Of a DNA stretch of 64,000 nucleotides, positions 8,275-18,197 are shown piece after piece. The first letter of the stretch is position 1. Each line of letters starts with the position of its first letter. A model generated the notes under the pieces. It was not told where the DNA came from, did not search any database, and saw nothing but the letters and a program-made list of their open reading frames with translations. A program made the translations under genes and the position numbers. The DNA is from an uncultured Acidobacteriota bacterium (GTDB taxonomy: Bacteria; Acidobacteriota; Thermoanaerobaculia; Multivoradales; UBA5704), in the NCBI GenBank assembly GCA_963770895.1, contig CAVYRF010000002.1, positions 2,592,001 through 2,656,000 of the forward strand, written 5' to 3'.

Positions 8275-9645
8275 TCAGTGAGCCGCCCCCGCCGCCGGCA
8301 GGACCGTGACGTCCACCCGCCGGTTGCCGCCGCGGCCGGCGCCGCTCTGGTTGGTCGCCACCGGTTCGTCGGCGCCGTGCCCTTCGACACGGATGGCGCT
8401 CGCGGGCACCCCCTGCTCCTCCAGGTAGTGCGCGACGGCGTTGGCGCGCGCCAGCGACATGGCCTGGTTGGCGGCCTTGCTGCCATGGGCGTCGGCATGC
8501 CCCACGACCAGCAGGTGGGCGCCGGCGCTCGCCTTGACGTCGCCGGCGAGGCCGTCGAGCGCCGCCCTGGCGCTGGCGGTCAGGGTCGTGGCGCGCGGGA
8601 AGAGCACCCGCACCGTGCGCGGCGCCGCCGGCCCGGTGCCGGCCGCGGCCTTCCCCTGCGCCGCGGCGCCGCCGCCGGCCGCCGCCGGTGACGGCGCCGT
8701 CGCCGCCCCCTCCGGAGCCAGGGTGGTCGCCACGTCCGGCGCCACGAAGTCGTTCCTGGCGACCATCGCCCGGCCCTCGCCGGAGAGGATGAACGCCAGC
8801 AGGTCGCGCGCCGCGCCGTGCGGTTCGCCGCGGCTGTACATCAGCAGCGGCCGGTAGATCGGGTAGGTGCCGGTGCGCACCGTTTCGACGCTGGCGTGCA
8901 CCGCCGGCTGGCCGGCGCGGGGCGCCACGCCGAGCGCCTTGACTTCGGACGTCACCCAGCCGATGCCGACGTAGGAGACGGCGCCGCGCTCGGCCGCCAC
9001 GCGCTTGACCAGGGCGCCGTTTTCTTCGATGACCTCGGCGCCGGCGACGTAGTCTTCGCTGCCCTTGTCGTTGCCGCGGCGCACCACCTTGTCGCGGAAG
9101 AACGACGAGGTGCCCGAGTAGCTCGGCCGGGTGAGGACGTGCACGGCCAGGTCGGGGCCGCCCACCTCGCTCCAGTTGCGGATCTTGCCGGTGAACAGGT
9201 CGGACAGCTGCGCCACGGTGAGCTCCGTCAACGGGTTGTCAGGTCCGACGATCACCGCGATGCCGTCGTAGCCGATGACGAACTCGCGCAGCTCGACGCC
9301 GCGCTGGCGCGCTTCGGCGATCTCGCTCTGCTTGACCGCGCGCGACGAGGCGCCGAGATCCGCCGAACCGTCCAGCAGGCCGACGAAAGCGGTGCCCGAG
9401 CCGAGCGCTTCCCACTTGATGGTGACGCCAGGATGGTGCTCCATGAACGCGCGCGCCAGCTCCTGGCCGAGCTTGCCGCCGATGGTGTCGGAGCCCTTCA
9501 CCTGAATCGCGTTGCCAGCGCCGGTCGGGGCCGCGGTGGCCGCGGCGGCGCTGGGCTGCCCGATCGCCGTGATGGCGACGGCGACGGCGACGCCGACGGC
9601 GGAGACGAGGCGCGGCGGACAGACAAATCCCTTGTGCGAGCGCAC
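8275..9645 (-). CDS. PstS-like phosphate-binding periplasmic protein fused to a C-terminal OmpA-like peptidoglycan-binding domain
   Basis: AGGAGG then GTG 9645; signal-like N-terminus; KGSDT, GSGTAF, DLGASSR, DGIAVIV, SGT, YPIYRPL; C-terminal VVGHAD..GS..N..SLARA..V..YL...G.GADEP...NRRVDV. Confidence 0.85.
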   Translation of the reverse strand: MRSHKGFVCPPRLVSAVGVAVAVAITAIGQPSAAAATAAPTGAGNAIQVKGSDTIGGKLGQELARAFMEHHPGVTIKWEALGSGTAFVGLLDGSADLGASSRAVKQSEIAEARQRGVELREFVIGYDGIAVIVGPDNPLTELTVAQLSDLFTGKIRNWSEVGGPDLAVHVLTRPSYSGTSSFFRDKVVRRGNDKGSEDYVAGAEVIEENGALVKRVAAERGAVSYVGIGWVTSEVKALGVAPRAGQPAVHASVETVRTGTYPIYRPLLMYSRGEPHGAARDLLAFILSGEGRAMVARNDFVAPDVATTLAPEGAATAPSPAAAGGGAAAQGKAAAGTGPAAPRTVRVLFPRATTLTASARAALDGLAGDVKASAGAHLLVVGHADAHGSKAANQAMSLARANAVAHYLEEQGVPASAIRVEGHGADEPVATNQSGAGRGGNRRVDVTVLPAAGAAH

Positions 9646-9694
9646 GATGACATCCCTCCTTGACAAGGACAGAGCCGCCGGCCTGCCGGGCAAC

Positions 9695-10525
9695 TTACCG
9701 GAAGGTGACGGACCAGTTGATCCAGACCGGCACCGGCTTGCCGGCGAGACGGCCGGGTGTGAACCGATACTTGCGCGCCGCGTCCAGGGCGGCATCCTCG
9801 AAGGCTGCCAGGTCCATGCGCGAGCGATAGATCTTGGCGTCCGTCACCCGCCCTTCGGCATCCAGCAGCAGGCGGCAGACGACGGTCGGTTTGAGCGCCG
9901 CGCCGGCATCGGGCGCCGCCGGCGGCTGGCCCGCGACCAGGGTGGGCATGGCGTCCTGCGGCCCGGTCAGCCGCGACGCCTCCACCGCCGTCGCCGCCGG
10001 GGCCGCGGCCGGGATGGCCGCCTCGCCGGCCGCGCCGCCGGGCGCCGTCGAAACTTCGTGGCGGGCGAAGGCGAGCCAGCTGATGGCGCACACCAGCACC
10101 AGCGCGGCGGCGGCGGCGGCGATCAGCCAGCTGCGCCCACCTTGGCGCGCGGCGGCCGCGGCCGTGGGCGTCGCCGCCGCCGGCACCGCGGGCGGCCGCC
10201 GGCGCGGCCGCGGCACGTCGCCCGCTTCGATGCGGGTATTGGCTTCCAGCAGCAGCTTCTGCACGTTGCCCTGCAGGTCGCGCTGGGTTGGGTGAGCGTC
10301 GTTTTCCACCTGGAAGTGTCCGGCGCGGGCGGCGATCAGCGCCACGAAGGCGTCGAAGCCCGTCAGGTCTTCGCAGGCGGCGCTGACCACCTCGCCGCCA
10401 TCCAGGTAGAGGGCGCCGTTGCCTTCGGCGGTCATCACTTTCACGCAGCAGGTGCGGCGCGCCAGACCGGCCACCTGGACCAGGTCGGCAAGCGAGAACT
10501 CTGCAAGGTCACCAGCAAGTTTCAT
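9695..10525 (-). CDS. DUF4388 (PATAN-like) domain + TM helix + TonB C-terminal domain protein
   Basis: MKLAGDLAEFSLADLVQ...G.LYLDGGEVVSA...GHF (DUF4388-like); hydrophobic helix; VVCRLLLDAEGRV...FEDAALDAARKYRFTPGRLAGKPVPVWINWSVTF (TonB_C). Confidence 0.8.
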   Translation of the reverse strand: MKLAGDLAEFSLADLVQVAGLARRTCCVKVMTAEGNGALYLDGGEVVSAACEDLTGFDAFVALIAARAGHFQVENDAHPTQRDLQGNVQKLLLEANTRIEAGDVPRPRRRPPAVPAAATPTAAAAARQGGRSWLIAAAAAALVLVCAISWLAFARHEVSTAPGGAAGEAAIPAAAPAATAVEASRLTGPQDAMPTLVAGQPPAAPDAGAALKPTVVCRLLLDAEGRVTDAKIYRSRMDLAAFEDAALDAARKYRFTPGRLAGKPVPVWINWSVTFR

Positions 10526-10701
10526 GGGGTCGTCCGCCGTCTCATTGTCATTGAATGCGGTTCATGGTAGGCAGGAGGTGCGGCGCGGTCATGGCAACCG
10601 TGTAACAGGTTCGACCGGGTGGCGGGCGCGATAGAATGGCCCGCTGCCGGCGGCACCGCGGCGCCTTCCCCTATCTGCGAACACCACAGGAGATCCCTGC
10701 C

Positions 10702-11994
10702 ATGAGCCGACCTTTCCGCCACGCGCTGTGCTTCGCGCTGCTCCTCTGTGTTGCCTCAGCCGGCACCCTGCATGCGGTCGGCCAGGGGCGGGTCGTCGGC
10801 ACCGTCGTGGATACCAGCGGTGCGCCGCTCGCCGGCGTCAAGGTCGTCATCACCAGTCCCGAGATGGCCACGCTGCGGGTCGAAAAGACGACCGACGCCA
10901 AGGGCGAGTTCAACGTCATCCTGCTGGACGCGACGCGCGCATTCGCCCTCCACCTGGAAAAGACAGGCTACGCGCCGCTCGACCAGCCGCTGCAGCCGCG
11001 GGTGCAGGACACGCTGCGCTTGACCTTCACCCTGAAGACCCTGCCGCCGGCGTCCGCCGCCGCCGCCGGCGACCTGGGCGAGCCGGCGCCGGCCAGCGCC
11101 GCCGAAGCCAAGACCCGCAACGATGCCGTCGCCGCCTACAACGACGGCGTGGCGGCGCTCAAGGCAAAGGATCTGGACGGTGCCATCGCCAAGTTCGAGG
11201 CGGCCGAAAAGCTCGACCCCAAGCTGCCCGCGGCGCCGGCGGTGCTGGCGGACCTGTACCTGGAGGCCCACAAACCCACCGAGTCGTTGCAGGCCGCCGA
11301 CCGCGCTCTGGCGCTGACCCCCGGCAAGTCGCGCCTGCTGATGGACCGCTACCAGGCCTACAAGGCGCTGGGCGACAAACCGCACGCCGCCGAAGCCCTG
11401 GACGTGCTCGCCAACAGCCACCCGGCGCCGGACGTGGCGCACGACGTCGCCGTCTACCTGTACAACGACGCGGCCGACGCCTCGCGCGAGCAGAAGGCCG
11501 ACGTGGCGATCGCCAACCTGCAGCGCGCCCTGGACGTGGACAAGACCCTGGAGCCGGCCTACCAGGCCCTGGCGGAGCTCTACACGGCGCGGCAGGACCA
11601 CCGCGCCGCGCTGGGTGTTGCCGACCGCTGGGTCGCCGCGGCGCCGCAGAGCAAGGCGGCGCTGCAGCTGCGCTACCAGCTGCTCGCGGCGCAGAAGGAC
11701 CCGCGCGCCGCCGAAGCCAAGGCGGCGATGGACAGCGCCAAGGGCACCTCCTCCAACCCGCTCAACCAGGGCATCGAGCTGTACAACTCCAACCACATTC
11801 CCGAAGCCACCAAGCTGTTCGAGCAGGTCGTCGCCGCCGACGCCAACAGCGCGCGCGGCCACTACATGCTGGGTCTTTGCTACACCAGCAGCGGCGACCT
11901 GGTGCACGCCAGGGAGCAGCTGGAAACCTTTCTCAAGCTGGCGCCCGACGATCCCGAAGCCGCCTCGGCGCGGCAGATGCTCAAGGACCTGTAG
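10702..11994 (+). CDS. Secreted protein: carboxypeptidase regulatory-like domain + TPR repeats
   Basis: AGGAG RBS; signal peptide; GRVVGTVVDTSGAPLAGVKV...TDAKGEF; several TPR-like helical repeats ending FLKLAPDDPEA. Confidence 0.8.
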   Translation: MSRPFRHALCFALLLCVASAGTLHAVGQGRVVGTVVDTSGAPLAGVKVVITSPEMATLRVEKTTDAKGEFNVILLDATRAFALHLEKTGYAPLDQPLQPRVQDTLRLTFTLKTLPPASAAAAGDLGEPAPASAAEAKTRNDAVAAYNDGVAALKAKDLDGAIAKFEAAEKLDPKLPAAPAVLADLYLEAHKPTESLQAADRALALTPGKSRLLMDRYQAYKALGDKPHAAEALDVLANSHPAPDVAHDVAVYLYNDAADASREQKADVAIANLQRALDVDKTLEPAYQALAELYTARQDHRAALGVADRWVAAAPQSKAALQLRYQLLAAQKDPRAAEAKAAMDSAKGTSSNPLNQGIELYNSNHIPEATKLFEQVVAADANSARGHYMLGLCYTSSGDLVHAREQLETFLKLAPDDPEAASARQMLKDL

Positions 11995-12040
11995 CGCGCC
12001 CGCCTGAGCGGGGTGGGAGCGGGCGCGCCCGCGGCGCCGC

Positions 12041-13435
12041 TCAGGCCGAGGTGGCGGACAGCGGCAGGCGCAGCAGCGCCTGGCAGCCGGGCGGCGGACG
12101 CCGGTTGTCCAGGGTCAGGGTGCCGCCGTGGGCTTCGGCGATCTGCCGCGACAGGGCCAGGCCGATGCCGGTGCCGTTGGGCTTGGTGGTGTAGAACGGC
12201 ACGAAGAGGTTCTCGCGGCTGGCGATGCCGGGACCTTCGTCTTCCACCCGCACCTCGACGAAGGCGCCTTCCAGGCGCCAGCCGACGCCGACGCCGCCGT
12301 GGGTGAGCAGCGCGGCGTCGACGGCGTTGCGGATCAGGTTGATCATGAGCTGCTCCAGCTGGTCGGCGTCACCTTCGACCGTGATCTCCACGCCTTTTTC
12401 GACGAAGACGGGCAGCCGGTGCTCCAGCGCGGCGATGCGGCGGATGAGCGGCGCGATCTCCAGCGAAGCGAAGCGCGGCGGCGGCAGGCGCGCCAGCCGC
12501 GCATAGGCCGCCAGAAAGCGGATCAAGGCGTCGGAGCGGTCGCCGATGATCGCCAGCCCGCGCTGCATGTCTTCGCGCCAATCCTCCGGCGGCGGCTGCC
12601 GGTCGACCAGCGACAGCAGCGTCGCGGCCATCGAGCGGATCGGCGCCAGCGAGTTGTTCAGCTCGTGGCCGAGCACGCGGATCAGCCGCTTCCATGCCTG
12701 GCGCTCCTCCTCGCGCAGGGTGCGCGAGACGTCGGAGATGACCAGCAGCCGGTGGGGCAGGCCGCGCTCGCGGAAGCTGCTGCGGCGCACGTCCCAGCGG
12801 CCGGGCCCGCCGGGGAACGTGTGGTCCAGGCTGCGCCCTTCGTCCCCTTCCAGGAAGGCCGCCAGGTGCAGGGCTGCCGCCGACCGCCCCACCAGGCGTT
12901 CGCTGGGAGCCGCCAGCAGGCGCTCGCCGGCGCGATTGACCAGCTGCAGGCGATCGCGGTTGTCGAAGGCGAAGATCGCCACCTCGACCTCTTCGATGAC
13001 GCGATGCAGCAGCGCCGTCGCCTCGACGGCGCCCAGCCGCTGCTCGCGCAGAGTGCCACCGATGGCGTTCACCTCGTCGAACACCTGGTCCAGGGCGTCG
13101 AGCGGCGGCTGCGGCGCGGTGTGGGCGCGCAGCGAGAAATCGCCTTCGCGCAGCGCCGACAACAGGTTGGCGAGGGTGCGCAGCGGCCGCACCACCCGCC
13201 CCTGCAAGGTGGACGCAAGCCCCCACCAGAGCGACAGCAGCGCCAGGGTGAACGTCCAGCGGGTGGCGCCGCCGTAGGAGCTGGTCCACAGCAGCCACAG
13301 CGAGAGCAGGGCGCCCGGCAGGCCGATCGCCAGCGCCAGCAGCAGGATGCGGCCCTCGAAGGTGCGCGGTGCCAGGGTCTGGATCGCCGGCGCCGCGGCT
13401 TCCACCTCCCGCTGGCGGACAGGCTCAGAGCCCAT
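12041..13435 (-). CDS. Membrane sensor histidine kinase (HAMP/PAS, NtrY-like)
   Basis: Two TMs; H-box RVLGHELNNSLAP; NLIRNA; DEGPG; FVPFYTTK; GTGIGL. Confidence 0.93.
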   Translation of the reverse strand: MGSEPVRQREVEAAAPAIQTLAPRTFEGRILLLALAIGLPGALLSLWLLWTSSYGGATRWTFTLALLSLWWGLASTLQGRVVRPLRTLANLLSALREGDFSLRAHTAPQPPLDALDQVFDEVNAIGGTLREQRLGAVEATALLHRVIEEVEVAIFAFDNRDRLQLVNRAGERLLAAPSERLVGRSAAALHLAAFLEGDEGRSLDHTFPGGPGRWDVRRSSFRERGLPHRLLVISDVSRTLREEERQAWKRLIRVLGHELNNSLAPIRSMAATLLSLVDRQPPPEDWREDMQRGLAIIGDRSDALIRFLAAYARLARLPPPRFASLEIAPLIRRIAALEHRLPVFVEKGVEITVEGDADQLEQLMINLIRNAVDAALLTHGGVGVGWRLEGAFVEVRVEDEGPGIASRENLFVPFYTTKPNGTGIGLALSRQIAEAHGGTLTLDNRRPPPGCQALLRLPLSATSA

Positions 13436-14813
13436 ACTTCTCGATTCGGCGGTAGAGCGCGCTGCGCGACAGCCCGAGCGCCTGGGCAGCCTGGCTGACG
13501 CTGCCGTCGTAGCGGGCCAGCGCCTTTTCGATCAGCAGCTTTTCGACGGTCTCGAGCGGCATGTCCTCGATCCGCATCGGGCTGCCGGCGGCAGCGGCGT
13601 CCAGCCCGAGATCGGCGGCGCGGATGCGGTCGCCCGACGCCATCAGCACGCCGCGCTCGACCGCGTGATCCAGCTCGCGCACGTTGCCCGGCCAATCGTG
13701 GGCCAGCAGCACCTTCACCGCGTCGTCGGCGAACCCGAGGAGCAGCGGGCCGCGGCGGTAGCGGCTGACATGCTGGGCAAGGAAGTGTTGGGCGAGCGGC
13801 AGCACGTCGGCGCGGCGCGCGCGCAGCGGCGGCAGCGGGATCTCGACGGTGTTGAGGCGGAACAGCAGGTCCTGCCGGAAGCGGCCCGCCGCGACCTCCT
13901 GACGCAGGTCGGCGTTGGTTGCCGAGAGCAGCCGCACGTCGGCCGAACGGGTGCGCGACGAACCCAGGCGCTCGAACTCGCCGGCTTCCAGCACCCGTAG
14001 CAGGCGCGCCTGCTGCGCCAGCGTGATGTTGGCGATTTCGTCCAGGAACAGGGTGCCGCCCGCGGCGAGCTCGAAGCGCCCCACGCGGTCCTCCTTGGCG
14101 TCGGTGAAGGCGCCGCGGACGTGGCCGAACAGCTCGCTTTCGAAGACCGTCTCGGAGAGACCGCCGGTGTTGACCGTGACCAGCGCGTTGGCGGCCCGCG
14201 CCGACACGGTGTGCAGCGCCCTGGCCACCAACCCCTTGCCGGTGCCGTTCTCGCCGGTGATCAGGACGTTGGCTTCGGAAGGTCCCACCCGCTGGACGAT
14301 CTCGATCACCTTGCGCATTTCGGGCGATTCGGCGATCGGCAGCGCCGCCTGCACCCCGCCGGTGGCGGCGTCGCTATCGCGCAGCAGCTGATTTTCCGCC
14401 GCCAGCCGGTTGCCCCGCCGCAGCGCCCGCGCCAGCTCGATCTGAGTGCGCAGCACCGCCAGCAGGCGCTGGTTCTCCCAGGGTTTTTCGACAAAATCGC
14501 GCGCGCCGTGGCGCATCGCCGCGACCGCCAGGTCGACGGTCGCCCAGGCGGTCATCACCACCACCGGCAGGGTTTCGTCGATCTCGCGCAGGCGCGACAG
14601 CAGGTTGAGCCCTTCCTGGCCCGACGTGGTGTCGCGCGAATAGTTGAGATCGATGAGCGCCACGTCCAGCTCGCGCCCGACGGCGGTCGCCACGACCTCC
14701 GCCGCCGACGCGGCCATCACCGCCTCGAAGCCCTCGGCCTTCAGCAGCAACCCCAGCGCTTCGCGCACCTGCCGCTGATCGTCCGCCACCAGCACCCGCG
14801 GCCGCCCACTCAT
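13425..14813 (-). CDS. Sigma-54-dependent response regulator (NtrC family)
   Basis: Receiver (VADD, IDLNY, KPW), GENGTGKG, ESELFGH, GAFTDA, LFLDEI, WPGNVREL, Fis-type HTH. Confidence 0.95.
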   Translation of the reverse strand: MSGRPRVLVADDQRQVREALGLLLKAEGFEAVMAASAAEVVATAVGRELDVALIDLNYSRDTTSGQEGLNLLSRLREIDETLPVVVMTAWATVDLAVAAMRHGARDFVEKPWENQRLLAVLRTQIELARALRRGNRLAAENQLLRDSDAATGGVQAALPIAESPEMRKVIEIVQRVGPSEANVLITGENGTGKGLVARALHTVSARAANALVTVNTGGLSETVFESELFGHVRGAFTDAKEDRVGRFELAAGGTLFLDEIANITLAQQARLLRVLEAGEFERLGSSRTRSADVRLLSATNADLRQEVAAGRFRQDLLFRLNTVEIPLPPLRARRADVLPLAQHFLAQHVSRYRRGPLLLGFADDAVKVLLAHDWPGNVRELDHAVERGVLMASGDRIRAADLGLDAAAAGSPMRIEDMPLETVEKLLIEKALARYDGSVSQAAQALGLSRSALYRRIEKYGL

Positions 14814-15012
14814 GTCAACACTGTACCGCGCAAACGCCTGAGTTCAATGGCGAAGCCGGAAGGTCCGCGGGCGTTCGCGCCAGACTGCGCCGAAACACTG
14901 CGACAGGGGGGATGTGTGTTGGAGAAAGGTGGGAAGAGGAGGAGTGAAGTGATGGGGAGGAGGGGAAGGTCCAGGCGCCCCCCAGACCCTCCCCCCTGGT
15001 TGAGGAAACCTT

Positions 15013-15759
15013 TTAAACCACGAAACCCCGCTCGGCCAGTTCTTTCTCTTCGACCTGGCGCTGCGGGCCCTGCTCCTCTTCGACCACGCGGCCGTCGAAG
15101 AGGTGAATCGTGCGGTCTGCGTAACGCGCGAAGCGCGGGTCATGGGTGACCATGCAGATCGTTGCGCCTTCCTTATGCAGCTCAGCGAGAAGGTCCATGA
15201 CCGCCTCGCTGTTGCGTGAATCGAGGTTGCCGGTGGGTTCGTCAGCGAGCAGGATGGAGGGCTTGCCAACCACCGCGCGCGCCACTGCGACGCGCTGCTG
15301 CTGACCGCCGGACAGCTGCGACGGGTAGTGCTTCATGCGGTGCGACATGCCGACCCGCTCCAGCGCTTCCTGCACCCGCTCCTTGCGCTCTTTGGCGGCC
15401 ATGCCGCGGTAGGTCAGCGGCAGTTCCACGTTTTCATACACCGTGAGATCGCCGATCAGGTTGAACGCCTGGAAGATGAAGCCGATCTCCTGGTTCCTGA
15501 TGCGCGCCCGGTCGGAGAACGAAAGGTCGGCCACCTGCTTCTGGTTGAGCCGATACCGGCCGTCCGACGGAGTGTCGAGCAGACCCAGGATCGAAAGCAG
15601 GGTGGTCTTGCCGCAGCCCGACGGGCCGGCGATCGAGACGTATTCGCCGTTGCGGATCTCCAGGTGGATGCCTGACAGGGCGTGCGTTTCGACCTCATCG
15701 GTCAGGAAGACCTTGGTCACCCCTTCGAGCTGGATCAAAGACTCCATGGATGCGTTCAT
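15013..15759 (-). CDS. ABC transporter ATP-binding protein, MacB/LolD type
   Basis: GPSGCGKT, LSGGQQQRVAVARA, LADEPTGNLD, VTHD. Confidence 0.95.
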   Translation of the reverse strand: MNASMESLIQLEGVTKVFLTDEVETHALSGIHLEIRNGEYVSIAGPSGCGKTTLLSILGLLDTPSDGRYRLNQKQVADLSFSDRARIRNQEIGFIFQAFNLIGDLTVYENVELPLTYRGMAAKERKERVQEALERVGMSHRMKHYPSQLSGGQQQRVAVARAVVGKPSILLADEPTGNLDSRNSEAVMDLLAELHKEGATICMVTHDPRFARYADRTIHLFDGRVVEEEQGPQRQVEEKELAERGFVV

Positions 15760-15798
15760 TCATCGTCTCCTAAACGCGCGGCGCTGGTTGTGCCGCGG

Positions 15799-17052
15799 TC
15801 AGTTCAACCGAATCCGGTCGAATCCGTCCTGAGCCGAGGTGTCCGACAGGATCACCTGGTCACCCTGCTTGAGGCCGTTGAGAATCTCGATCGTGTTGAC
15901 GGAGCTGCGGCCCAGCATGACCGGCACGCGTGCTGCTTCCTTGCCGCCGTCGGTGAGCTTGAACATCTCTACCTTGCTCTGCGCCTGGCCGTAGGCCGGA
16001 CGGCCAACGAACAGCACGTTTTCCAGCTTTTCGATCTCGATCGTGCCGTCCACGGAGAGGTCGGTACGGGCCCCCTGCGGCAGCGGCGGGTTGAGCGAGA
16101 CGTCCACCAGCACGGTGCCATCCTGCACGGAAGGCGCGACGCGCAGCACGGCGCCGGCGATCAGGCCGTTGCGGGTGTCGATGGACGCCCTCTGCCCGAC
16201 CCGCACGTCCTTGGCCTGCGTTTCAGGAATCTTGAGCTGCGCCTTCAGCTCATCGGGCGGCGCGACGCGCGCCAGGGTGGTGCCGGCGGTGACCTGCTGG
16301 CCGACCTGCACCGGCACTTCCTGCAGCACGCCGGCGATGCCGGCCTTCACCTTGAGCGATTCGACCTGATGCTGGCGCAGCTCGTAGACCGCGGCCAGGT
16401 TGGCGACGCGCGATTCCTGCGCGTGGACCTGCGCATCGGCGGAGGCCTGTGCCTTGACGAACTTGTCCTGCTCGATGCCGACTTCCTTGTGCAGCTCTTC
16501 GGCCTTGAGCACCGACAGCTTGAGGGTGATCTCGGGGATCAGCCCGTCGGACGACAGCTTCTTGTTGGCTTCCGCCTGCAGATCGGCCTGGGCGCTGTTG
16601 GACAGCGCGCCGGTCACCACCGACTGCTGGTTGAGCAGCGAGGTCGCCAGCTGGGCGCGCAGGTTGTCGGCGTCGGCCTGTGCCGCCTTGAGCTGGGCCA
16701 GGGCTTCGGCCGCGTTCTGTTCGACTTCGGGATTGCTCATCTCCATCAGCACGGTGTCCGCGGTCACGGTGACGCCGGGCAGGTTGGGAATCCGCTCGAT
16801 GCGCGCATCTACCAGGGACGACACGAAGCGCGGGCTGATCGGCACCAGGGTGCCGGAACCGCGCACCTCGCGCAGCATTTCACCCCGCTTGACGACATCG
16901 ATCCAGACGGTCTGGCGTTCAACGGTCGGGGCAGCCGGCTTGAGGTGCGACAGACCGAGGGAGATGAGGGCGATAAAGAGCAAGCCGACGGCGCCGATGA
17001 TGATGTTGCGGCGGCGGCGTTTTTGAGCTTGTCCGGTGCGTGCGATGTCCAT
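15799..17052 (-). CDS. Efflux periplasmic adaptor subunit (MacA/HlyD family)
   Basis: N-terminal TM; VKRGEMLREVRGSGTLVP; long coiled-coil; GLKQGDQVILSD; purine-rich RBS before ATG 17052. Confidence 0.9.
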   Translation of the reverse strand: MDIARTGQAQKRRRRNIIIGAVGLLFIALISLGLSHLKPAAPTVERQTVWIDVVKRGEMLREVRGSGTLVPISPRFVSSLVDARIERIPNLPGVTVTADTVLMEMSNPEVEQNAAEALAQLKAAQADADNLRAQLATSLLNQQSVVTGALSNSAQADLQAEANKKLSSDGLIPEITLKLSVLKAEELHKEVGIEQDKFVKAQASADAQVHAQESRVANLAAVYELRQHQVESLKVKAGIAGVLQEVPVQVGQQVTAGTTLARVAPPDELKAQLKIPETQAKDVRVGQRASIDTRNGLIAGAVLRVAPSVQDGTVLVDVSLNPPLPQGARTDLSVDGTIEIEKLENVLFVGRPAYGQAQSKVEMFKLTDGGKEAARVPVMLGRSSVNTIEILNGLKQGDQVILSDTSAQDGFDRIRLN

Positions 17053-17081
17053 GGTAATTCCCCTCTCACCTACCGCATTAC

Positions 17082-17096
17082 GCATCTCGCGTGCCA
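17082..17096 (-). promoter_or_regulatory. Sigma-54 (-24/-12) promoter of the adaptor/ABC operon
   Basis: TGGCAC-GCGAG-ATGC about 30 nt upstream of the ATG; NtrC-type activator encoded just downstream. Confidence 0.65.
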
Positions 17097-17238
17097 CGGT
17101 TTCAGGCTTCCCCTATGATACTGCAGAATCAGTCGTTTAGGCTAGTTTATCGAGACCTGGAGGAGGGCTTGCGGTGTTCGTTTTCGGGAAGCCGCGTCCC
17201 AAAATCGGACGCCCTCCTGTGTTAGCTTTAACGACGAG

Positions 17239-17760
17239 ATGAGCGTCGAGGAGCACCGCGCCCACGCGGCCGCCGTTCTGGGCTTCGCGCTGATCACGGT
17301 GAGCGACACCCGCGCCCACGCCGACGACGTCAGCGGCCGGGTGCTGCGCGAAGGCGTCCAGGCCGCCGGACACACCGTGATGGCGACCGCCCTGGTGGCG
17401 GACGACGTGGCGGCGATCCGTGCCGAAGTGCGGCGGATGCTGGCGCTGCCCGGCGCCGACGTGGTGGTGCTGACCGGCGGCACCGGCTTTTCGCCGCGCG
17501 ACCTGACGGTCGAGGCGGTGGCGCCGCTGTTCGACCGCACGGTCGAAGGGTTTGGCGAGCTGTTCCGCATGCTCTCCTACCAGCAGGTGGGGGCGGCCGC
17601 CATGTTGAGCCGCGCCGCCGCCGGCCTGGTGGGCGATCGCGCCGTGTTTCTGCTGCCCGGTTCGCCGCGCGCCGCATCCCTGGCCCTGGAAGCGCTCATC
17701 CTCCCCGAAGCCGGGCACCTGCTCGGGCAGGCGCGGCGCGCTATCAAGGCAGAGGACTGA
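17239..17760 (+). CDS. moaB: Molybdenum cofactor biosynthesis protein MoaB/MogA
   Basis: ITVSDTR, DVSG, TGGTGFSPRD.T.EA, GFGELFR, AMLSRA.AG, LPGSP. Confidence 0.88.
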   Translation: MSVEEHRAHAAAVLGFALITVSDTRAHADDVSGRVLREGVQAAGHTVMATALVADDVAAIRAEVRRMLALPGADVVVLTGGTGFSPRDLTVEAVAPLFDRTVEGFGELFRMLSYQQVGAAAMLSRAAAGLVGDRAVFLLPGSPRAASLALEALILPEAGHLLGQARRAIKAED

Positions 17761-17830
17761 GCCCGGCACCGCGGCGCGGCGGTCGCCGGGGCGCAGGGTC
17801 GCCGGGCTGGCACGACCGCTGGCCGGGACG

Positions 17831-18082
17831 CTACCGCCCGCGCAGCAGCCGCAGGCCGACCAGCAGCACGACGGCGCCCAGGGTGGCGATCGCCAGGTTG
17901 CGCAGGTCCAGGCCGCCCAACAGCCCGCCGAAGCCCAGAAGCGTCGACAGGGCGCCGCCCAGCAGGGCGCCGGCGACGCCGACCAGGACGGTCGCGATGC
18001 AGCCCGCAGGCCGCGCTCCGGCGATCGCCCTGGCGAGCAGTCCGGCGATCAGGCCGATGACGATCCAGGCTGCAAGTGGCAT
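17831..18082 (-). CDS. GlsB/YeaQ/YmgE family (transglycosylase-associated) small membrane protein
   Basis: WIVIGLIAGLLARAI...GVAGALLGG...ATLGAVVLL. Confidence 0.85.
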   Translation of the reverse strand: MPLAAWIVIGLIAGLLARAIAGARPAGCIATVLVGVAGALLGGALSTLLGFGGLLGGLDLRNLAIATLGAVVLLVGLRLLRGR

Positions 18083-18197
18083 GGTTCCAGCAGCTCCTTT
18101 CTTGCTGCGAACGCCGCCGGGGGCCGGCAGGGGCCGCGCGCAGGGCGGTATACCAAGTTAACCGGGCGGGACACTAGTCGGACTAGAATGGCGCGGC

